Source of the DNA: Eledone cirrhosa
Taxonomy: Eukaryota
Length of the DNA stretch: 64,000 nucleotides
NCBI GenBank assembly: GCA_964016885.1
Contig: OZ024750.1
Coordinates: forward strand, 372,001 to 436,000
Reading direction: 5' to 3'
Position 1 is the first letter of the stretch; each line of letters opens with the position of its first letter. Under the pieces are notes generated by a model that worked only from the letters and a program-made list of their open reading frames with translations, made no database searches and had not been told where the DNA came from. A program made the translations under genes and the position numbers. Below are positions 37,601-48,574 of the stretch, in pieces.

Positions 37601-40600
37601 TAGAGGTCAGCTTATATTCGAGTATATGCATGCATGGTCCCATAACTCCCAAGAGAGTCGTGGGGGCACTGTATTGACATATGGAGTTTCTAGGACATTT
37701 TTAAAACCTGACGGAGCCCATCTCGTCCCCAAGCCTGAATACAGCAGATTTCTTCCAGAGAAAGATAGAGAGAGTGAGAAAACGAAAGTGAAAAAGAGAT
37801 ATAGAGGGAGAATCGCCCCCAGTACTAGACTAGTACTTTTTTTATCGACCTTGAATGGATGAAAGGCAAAGTTGACCTCAGCGGGATTTGAACTCAGAGA
37901 GCAAAGAGACAGAACAAATACTGCAAAGCATTCTATCCGACAATTTAACGACCCTGCCAATTTGCTGCCTTATTCAAATATATGCGCTACATATACTCTA
38001 CTGGAACAGAAACAAAAAGTCATAAATCTAATATAGACATCAAATAAAAGGGAATAACTCACTGTGGTCTTATCAGCCAATAGTTTCTCAATAACTTCAA
38101 TCAGTTGATCTTTCTGTTCTGGATCCAAACTGTTGACCAAAGAAGTCGTTGGAATAAGAAAGAAAGAGAAAATGTTATAACTAAGACATTTCAAATAAAT
38201 TCTCATCAAAGGAAAATTAATTGTGCCACTAAATGCATCCAACTATAAAATATGGCCTCATAAAGTTAACTCCAACACATGCCAGCAAAGAAAGCAGACA
38301 AAACGATTGTGTGTGGTGATGATAGTCATCAGTTATCTTTCTACACTCGTCTTCCATGCTAGCATGGATTGGAGAGGTGATCACAGTCCAAATCAGTTTT
38401 TATGCAAAGTTCTTAACCACAGACCTATAAAGAATTTTCACTCATATGGTTAAAATGGTGCCATGATGATGATGGCACCATTTTAACCATACAAGAAGAA
38501 AAAAAAATGTAAATCATCTGTTTATATTTTCTTTTTTTGTAGTTTGAATTTCTATTTAAACTAACAACAATAAAATGACTTGTACTTGCTCACCTGTAGA
38601 GTTTAGGAATAGCATGTGCTGCAGTCTTGCGCACATAAGGTGACATATCCATTACGGCCTCTTTAATAGCTAACATCATAATGGGAACAATAACGGTAAC
38701 GCGGATACTAGATAATACACGTAAAGCACTGGCTCGGATTAGTTGGTTAGGGTCCTGAAATTATAGAAAACATTTAGTAACTAAAAACCAGATGTCTGTG
38801 TAGGGGTTGCTGTATTTATTTAATTTATATTTTTTAACAATATATATAAATTTAATTCCAAAGAGAAGAAACCAGAACATATTTCTCTGAGAGTTCCTTA
38901 TACTCTGAAGAAGGGAATTTTAAGTCTTGAAATATTAGGCCAAAAGAAGAGCAACAAGACAAAGATTACCAGGTAACTAAATTTGTTGTTATCTTCATCT
39001 TATCGTCCATTTTGCACATTAAATAATATATTATATACAATACTTCAAGCAAACTACAACATTTTATTATAAAACTGTATTAGAAAGCTATGTTTCCTCT
39101 TCAGAGTCAACAAATACAGCTGAGCAGTTGGCTGACTCTCTGAAAGGTACAATGTAGTCTACATTACAGTAGACATAGGTAAGCTCAGTTTACAAATTAG
39201 ACACACCAAGCTTGAACCATTTCAGTGTAATGACCTCAGATCCTTTCCAATAATTACATTTTTCTCCCCAAACTACCAAAACACACATCTATTTGTATAT
39301 ACGCTACAATTTATGTACATGTTATGTTTATCGCATATTGAAGTTTTTTTATATCTTAGTTGATAATAACAGCTAAACTAATCACAACTAAACTGATCAA
39401 ATCTCTGCTCCCCCAATTCAGAAATGCTCCCACCACCCCTGTATAATTTAAACTAAAAACTAAACCCACTAGCTTCAATTAGTAAATTTGTTGTTCTTGA
39501 CAAAAAAACCATTGAAAGCTGACAAGCATTTATTTATTTTATACCAATTTTATCAAAATAACAAAATTTCATCTTTACCTTCAGGGCTCTTTGGAACGTA
39601 CTTATTGACAACAGTGCCAGGTCTTGTTGTTCTTCTGCATAACGGGTTAAATACACATAAACAAGTTTCTTCACCTTGGAAAAATAATGGAAAATATTAA
39701 AAGTTAGTACGATTTATTTGGAGAAATAGATGTTTTTTTTTTCACGATTTCCTCTTCAGCAAGCTGACATGAATAAACACATCTGTAAAGTGATTGTGTT
39801 GGTGTCATGACAAAAAGTGTCCAACCCACACTGTAAAGTGGTTGTTTTGGTGCTACGTTAAAATGCACCCAGTCCACGCTGTAAATGTGGTTGGCATCCA
39901 GCCATAGAAATCAAGCCAGAAACAGTTCCATATGAGAAAGACACGGTCACTTGATCTCAAATGGGACAACTCGTCCAACCCATGCTAGCATGGAAAAATG
40001 ATGATAATGATGGAATATAGAGTATTTTTACACTTGAATCATCATCATCGTTTAACGTCCATCTTCCACGCTTGCATGGGTTTGGACGGGAGTTTTCCCA
40101 CTTGAGGCAAGATTGGTTGTCCTGCTCGTATAGGACTGTCTGGTGGGTTTTCTACGTCTGGATGCCCTTCCTAACACCAACCACGTTTACAGTGTGGACT
40201 GGGAGGTTTTTACCGTGTTACCTACACGGCCACATTACAGCATGGACTGTGTGTTTTTTTTGTCATGACACCTACACGACCTCATTTGTTTCGGAGTGGA
40301 TGTCGTGGTACCAACATAACTTCACATTTAAGGGGGGGGGGGGGGGGGGGGGGTTATTTTGTTAGAGGTGTCTACTGACTGTAGGTTTCGCTTTGTATTA
40401 GGCAAGGCGGGTCTTCTGTATAACTGTGTAGCGCCAAAGATCTCGGTCCAATGACATTGTCTTGGGGAGGTGTAAGTGTGTGAGGTCGGAATTTATCAAG
40501 TCTTCCCAGGTTTTTCTGGGTCTGCCTACTCCGTGACTACCGTCTATTTTTATCGCCCTGCACTTTTTTATACAGCTGTCATCTTTCATGTGCATCACGT

Positions 40601-43293
40601 GACCGTACCAACGTAGTCTTCTCTCGAGTAAACAACATCTGATCCCTCTTATTCCTAATTTCTCCCTTAGTTCGTTTATGCTTTGCCGTTCACATATATT
40701 ACTATTACACATCCAGCGGAGCATGCAAGCTTCGTTTCTCTCCAGTCTGCTTTTTCATATTGCTAATCATATCAAAGAACTACTTTTAGACAGACAAAAT
40801 AAAATAGAATGAAATGTCTTTCTAGAAGCACGAGACAATATCAGTGCTAGAAATTGAATTGTGTATCTCTTTAAAATAACTGCCATTATTAAAAAGGTGG
40901 TGAATTGGCAGTATCAGTAGAGGGTCGAACAACATGCTTTGCAATATAGAGTTACGGACCTTTACGTTCCGAGTCCAAATCCCGCTTTGCTTTTCATCCT
41001 TATGGGGTTGATAAAATAAAGTACCAGTCACACACTGGGATCGATTTAATTGACTTTTCCCACCCCCAAAATTGCTGGCCTTGTGTTTAAATCAGAAACT
41101 ATTATTAAATGAGACTTTGCAAGGGGTGGTTCCTGCTTGCCAGCATACATACACCTCATATTCCTAACCATTATTTTCCATACCATTAGACAGAAATTTT
41201 ATTTACTTTAAAACCTAGTTTGCTCTTCAGATAAAATGTCAATGTAGACAAGAGAAAGTAATTCTTACTTAAACATAACACTGATACCAGGTGATAATTA
41301 CTTTGCTACTTGACATATGTGGAGATACAATAGTATAACTACATAGAGATAATAATTACTTTGCAATATGCTGTACTGCTGTCATGTGCTGTGATTATGA
41401 ACAGTCTGAAAATAGGACAATTATTTACTAACATTTTCTATTACAGAATAGAAAGAAAAAAAATCTCAGTATTCCTCATCATCATCATCATCGTCATCAT
41501 CGTTTAACGGCCATCTTCGTCCATACATATTCATATATATCATTTTTACATCATCTTTTCCTTGCCGACGTGCGTTGGACAGTTAAAAGACCATGTCATG
41601 CTCATACATTCCATTTTTGCATGCTTTCTATGTCTAGATGCCTTTTTCAATGCCAACCATTTTACAGAGAGTACTGGGTGAATTTCATTGTGGCACCAGC
41701 ACTACCACTTTACTGAGTGGGCCAGATATATTTGATTGTGGCACCAGCACTACCACTCTTTACAGAATGGGCTGGGTGTATTTTATCGTGGCATCAGCAC
41801 TATCGCTTTACATAGTGGGCTGGGTGTATTTTATTATGCACCAACACTACCACTTTACAATCTACAGTGCAACCAACTACATTATAACCTACACTGCAGC
41901 CTAGAAAGGTAGAAGCAAACTGAGTTACATGAAAATGTTCAGAGAATAAATTAGTTTAGCTTAAAATGCAACATACAGTCAATTGTGTAGTAATTTAACT
42001 TTATAGCTGTCACACTATACCTAACAATTAATCTCAACTAAGCAGAGAACTACAATTAGCAGTTGAACCAAAATAACTATTGCTAAATATTTTTATGTTT
42101 CAGTTTAACCCTTTAACATTTAAACCGGCCATATCCGGCCAGAATTCTTTCATCCCTTTCTGTTGAAACTGGCCGCTCATACCAATGTTAACATATTGTT
42201 CTCAAAATAAATATCAAAATCTCGCAGATTCGATATTATGTGAGATAAAGCCTTTTCAGAGAAAATACAATAGTAAATATATTTGTTTCTACTTTAGGCA
42301 TAAAGCCAGCAATTACCCAGTGCATTACTGGTACTTTATTTTATCGACCCCGTAAGGATGAAAGGCAAAGTCAACCTCGGCAGGATTTGAACTCAGATCG
42401 TAAAGGGACGTAACTATGCTGGAAAGCATGGCGTCCGACCCTCTACCGATACTGCCAATCCACCGCCTAAATACAATAGTAAATATAGAGTAATGTGAAT
42501 GCTAAATGGTTAAATGGTGTGCTTTATTGGGAACACATGCAGGCTCTGGGTCTTTAAAATTTTAGAAGAAAGTCCACTATCCACAATTTGTGGTGAAGAT
42601 TAATATGGGAAGAACTGAAAGGACAGCTTTAAAATTAAGGATTTGGAACCTACAAAGGAGACTACATGTGGCAACCACAAAATAATCTTCAAATAATATT
42701 ACCATGTTTAAAGTATCAATGTGGTGATAGACAACAGTTATGTCTAAAAAAAAATAATAAAAGCTAGTCAAGGCTAGAAGTGTTTGATTTTAAATCTGCT
42801 CCAACATGGCTGAACTGGGATAAACAACAATAATAACAAAAGATCTGCATATAAAATCTGAACACATACATACAATGCACATACATACAATATACATACA
42901 CAACAGACACACAAAGATATCAGATTTTAACTTACCTCAAGATTTTTTGATACCACATTTTTGACAACAGCTGGAAACAAATCTGAAGCATCCTTTCCTT
43001 TGGCCACCATCTAAAATAGAATATGTCTTGGATATATATATTTATACATGTATATATATAACCTACATAAAGCACTCTTTTTTCCTGTACCTTTCCGATG
43101 GAATTACTTCATTTACACATGTATGTATATATATATAGGAACAAGTATGACCCCGACGGCAGAGCTCAAGCCGTTTTGACGGCTAATTCTGAACTCGGGG
43201 TCATACTTGTTCCTATTACCCACTCTACTACCCTAAGTATTGAGTACTTTGGTGCATTATGGTCCATCTGGTTCCTTACCACATTTCCTTTGT

Positions 43294-43325
<32 letters not shown>

Positions 43326-46300
43326 AATATGGCTAGTTTGAACAGAAAGAGGTGAGAGAATTCTGGCCAAATATGGCCAGTTTAAATGCTAAAGGGTTAA
43401 TCCTTGTTTTTACATCCACTTTTCATGCTGTCATGTCAGATGGGTGACCACATTATGATCATACATTCCATATTTGAAATGGTTTTTATGGCTGTATGCC
43501 GTTTCTAATACCAACCACCTTACAGGGAGTAGTGGGTGTGATTTTTCATGAGACCAGTACAATCACTTTACAGAGTGGACTAAGTGCATTTTATTGAGTA
43601 CATGTATTCCATTTCAACCCACTCTCTTTTTTTAATTGTACAGCAGTGGTTGGAAAGTGTAAAATAAAGTCTTTTATGCTAATAACTGACAGATATTAAG
43701 TGTCAAAACTGAGAACATAAAAGATATAATTATTATTTTTAAACATATTATTTATCAGCCTTTGTATTTTACATTATGTTACATTAAACATATAAACTAG
43801 GTCAAACAATGCCAGTTGCAGGGAACCATTTGGTTTGTTTTTCAAAAACAAATTAAGTCAAAAGTTAACGCAGTGAAATGGCTATACAATGATAAAGGGA
43901 CTGCAATTCTTATCTATGTCATCATCATCATCACCGTTTTACATCTGTTCTTCCACGCTAGCATGGGTTAGACGGGTTGTCCTGTTATGGGCAGTGTCTG
44001 GTCGGCTGACCTTATCTTGCTCATACAGGAACTGATTCTGGCTGGATTTCTACAGCTGGATGCCCTTCCTAACACCAACCTCATTTACAGTGAGTGCTGG
44101 GTGCTTTTTTTCCGTGGCGCCTACATGTCCACTTTACAGTGTGGGCTGGGTGCTTTTTTGCCGTGGCACCTCCACGACCACTTTGCAGTGGGAGGGTGTG
44201 GGGGCATATTGTCTATATGCTTCAGCTTCGATACCAGTGGGAGGTCGGGTACTCTGTATTACTGCGTGACACCAGAGGTCACGGTCGTGTGTCATCGCCT
44301 TTGAGAGGTGTAATTGGGTAAGGTCGGCTTTTATCACCTTGTCCTAGGTTTTCTTGGGTCTCCCCACTCCGCGGTTTCCATTGACTTCTAGTGCTCTGCA
44401 CCTTTTTATGCAGCTGTCATCCTTCATACGCATCACATGTCCATACCAACGCAACCGCCTCTCCTGCACACAGCATTTGATTCCTCTTATGCTCAGTCCC
44501 TCTCTCAATTTATTTATGCTTTACCGTTCGCGTATATGTATCTATAACAAAGTACATGCACAAGGGTTGACATTCAGAAGAGCATCAATAAAAACTCTTA
44601 TCTAACCCATGACAGCATAGAAAAATGGGGATGATGATGATGTAGGCTTCATCCTCCTGGGTAGCTTTCAGGATAAGAATAGACAACTGGTCTTTCCATA
44701 GAATCCTCATTGGTGTGATCTTGAGGGTGGGGATCAGAAAACCTGAATATATTGAAAAATAAACCTCATTTGGTCATTTCATGAAATTATCTTGGTCAAC
44801 CTATGAACTTTTCAGCTGACCCTCATAATGTGTAGACTACCTGCCTTGGCTTATAAATAGGGTTTGTATTTTTGTCTATTTTTCTGACATAAAATAGGGG
44901 GTCATCTTATATTCAACTGTTGATAATTTTAATGATGAAAATGTTTGTTCAACATACCCCTATAATCCGCTTCATTGCCTCCAACTTGAGGTTATCTTTG
45001 TTGCCATCCAGCATAGCTTTGAGATCTTCATGTCTGCAAATAGTCAACGTAAGCAATCAGAAAATTATAAATAAACTTCTTTCATAAATGAATGTATGTA
45101 TTCTTGTCTGCATATGTCTATGTGAGTGCATATACTCACACACACAGACATACAGACAGACAGACATGTATTTGAGATAATTCTTGGAATGAAGCAGTGA
45201 TATATCTTATAAAGTTAGTCTCTACAAAGAAAATGACAAGGAGATAGAAGATGGTTGATCTGTAGCTAGTTGATAGCATGCATTGATGTTGTTTAGCTCC
45301 ATGTCAGTCATGTTTGAACAGAGTTAAGATCAAAGGCCTTCCAATTGTGACCATCTTTTTCTACATCTAAGAATATATATCGACCTAATAGGATGTGGGA
45401 TGAAAAACAAAATCCATCAAAGGGCAGAGGAACTCAGGAGAGACTACAGCCATCCAATATGGGTAGACAGAGGTTATTAGCCATATTTGGCAGACTGATT
45501 TCAAAATTGGTGTAGATGGGACTCCTTAATCACCATGGTGACAACTTTTCAAGTGCTCAATGGCTTCATCCTATGAGCTACAGCTTGGTAGCCAGTTTCT
45601 GAATAATAGTTGGACAATGATCTGGAACCCACCAATGTCACTTTTTTCCTGATGAGAACCACAGACATATAGATTGTCCATGGTCAGGGACCATGGACAA
45701 TGAGGATTAGAAGAGGCCAGACAAGGACTTAATTATCCAGCATGTCCTTTCTTTATTTGAGACAGTGTGGTGTGATTTGGGAGATCTGGCTACTAGTTCT
45801 AGCAACTCAAGCAACCACAGAAAGACTCTCTAATCAGTGTGTGTTTAATAGTAGACAAAAGATAGTATCTCTAAGCTTTGTGGCAACTACTTTATCAGAA
45901 ATAGCTCGTCAAATCACCCTCAAATAAGAATTTACTATTCTAATCCTTTCGGGACTATATTTCTAATGAAATATACACTATTACAATTAATTAATGAAGA
46001 ATTTTGAGGAATTTACTAAAATTGATTAATTATTTCATTACTAAGTAATTTAACATATGGGTCTTATAAAATTATGTATGAAAACAAAATGACGAGGTTC
46101 AGAGTTTATTTAATCTATTGTTATACGGAGGTTCTTTGGTGGTCCTGTAGTTCTTTGAATACTCAACAACAGATTTCACTTTGCTCCAATGAGATATTCA
46201 TATCCACACTACATTGAGTTCTAACAGCATTATAAGTCCTACCTTATAGTAAAAAATTATGTTGGGAGATTTTAATTTCAGAGAACCAGAGTTGGTTTTG

Positions 46301-48531
46301 GCTGGGTTGGTAACTGAAAGGGGTAAAAATGGAAAAACTACTTGATAGACAATATGACAGGATGACTTTCTGAAATAGATACTGTTAGAGCTCAATACAA
46401 TACAGTGTAGTGTAGTTCACAAGACCTTCATTGCTGCCACATCTAGTTTCATTAGATTATGTGTTTTATTCACAACACACCATCTGTTGCTTCTAAGTAA
46501 TAATTCTTATACTTGGCTAGGTGTTGCCACCCACTTTGGAGTAGAAAACTTCTCCGATCAGTTGCCACTAAACACTTCAGGTATTTGTGTTTCAAAAGCT
46601 AAATACACTCAAATGAGGATTACAAAGAGGTAAACTGTTGGGTGAAGGAGTGTGGCCTAGAGGTTGGGGTGTTGATCATAATGTTGTGGTCTCGATTCCT
46701 AGACAGTGTTGTGTGTAGTGTTCTTTAGTAAAACACTTCATTTCACGTTGTTCCAGTATACTCAGATGAAAATGAGTATCAGCAGTAGTCGGGAGTTAAC
46801 ACTGCAATGGACTGGTGTCCTGTCCAGGGGAAGAGTCTTGTACTCTTAGTCGTTTAATGCCAACGAAACCAGGATAAACACCGGCCTGATGAGATTCCAG
46901 GCTTGGGACAGACTTTAGACTTTTACTTTAAGCTCTAAGTTTACTGAAACAACCACAATACAATTTCAATCCTCAAATGAAAACATTTCGTTTCGTTATG
47001 TCACAAATTTCGTTTTTGATAAAATTTAAACCTTTTCTGTGTAGTAGCCCAGTCTCTCTCTTATTTCTTCTAATGGACAGGGGGTTATAGCTATGAGAGG
47101 AACATGAAAAATCTATAAGAATTATGTTTGTAGGACGAGAGTAAGGTCTATACAAATTTAAAGAGAATAAATGATAATTATATGAACAGAAATTGCAATA
47201 TTGGTTATGATCAAAGACATTCCAGTTATGACAACCTTTTTTTTTTTTTTCAGACATAATATATCTAGGACTACATTTTCCAATGTATCCTTATTCTTTT
47301 AATTTGTATTTATATATTAATTTAGAGGTGGGATACAATATCGGTTTCTTGTAGATGTCTGGTTTTCCTCCCAACATTTGATAGACTCATTCCACTAGGA
47401 GCTTGTTGCCGCTACTAGTGCTAAATATTGGTATCCACATAGTCACAGTTTCAGATTAATATCTAGAGTGGGTGGAATATGACCAGCTTTAGCGGTGTAA
47501 CTAGTTTATTGAACACAATATCGAAACTTCTGGCTCGTCAGAGATGAGAAATATTTTCAATGAGAGATGATAACAAGTTAGAGACAAATACTAGAGGTTT
47601 ATAGAAAGACGGAAAGAAAATAGGTAGGAAGAGAGATCGATGGAACAATGTAGGCTACTCATACAAGTGATTTAGTTATAACTATTTACATGATATATAA
47701 TATATATATATATGTGATTATATATATATATATATATACACACACTACATATGGAAGATTATATCTTTGTGTACAACATAACCTATGCAGGCATCAATTG
47801 AATTATTATCATCAATATAGTTCACGCGTAGATAAAATATTTCATTTGTGTAATATAATAAAAAGCAGGGTTAGAAATAGGTGTTAGATGATGTGTAAAT
47901 GTTACCCTCACATATCTTAGACAACATACACAGCTGATAACCATTTGATTCGCCCCCAGTCAAGATAATATCACCAATCAAATCGATTTCTATTAATATT
48001 GAACAAATACTGTTGATTATAATGTCACAATATGTTTCCCCACTTAAAAATAAATTGAGTTAATAATTCTCTATGAAGTTTTTTTGTAGTTATTTCCAAG
48101 TATTAATTTCACTACATATATCTGGAGACAAGTAGAATGTGAAGTCTTTAGAAAATAAGTTGAATTCATCATCTGGTTTTGATTCCTAATTTGTAGCCAT
48201 TTCATTTCTCTTATATCCTTAATGACTTTGAAAAAGGGTACAGGCATCATTACTCCTCATTTTATCTCTAATTTGAAGCCGTATTCCTCAATAATGTTAT
48301 TATTTCTAATAGTGACATTAATAGTCTAGATTTTGACAGATACGTTGCAGCTTGGAATATATAAAACTTAATTTGAATTGTAAAAGTGTTTTTTTTTAGA
48401 TGTTAGGTTGATAAAATGTATTTTATTATTCCAAAATATTGTAAAATTATATCTTCTCAGCTAACAAGTTTCCCTACACACCTTAAAGAAATTATTTTTC
48501 TCCAAAAGTTTTTTAATATGAGAGAATACAT

Positions 48532-48574
<43 letters not shown>

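Noticed and set aside
46860-46915. Hammerhead ribozyme (GAAAC...CTGATGAG)
   Set aside because: No NUH cleavage site with stems I and III can be formed. It is a SINE tail.
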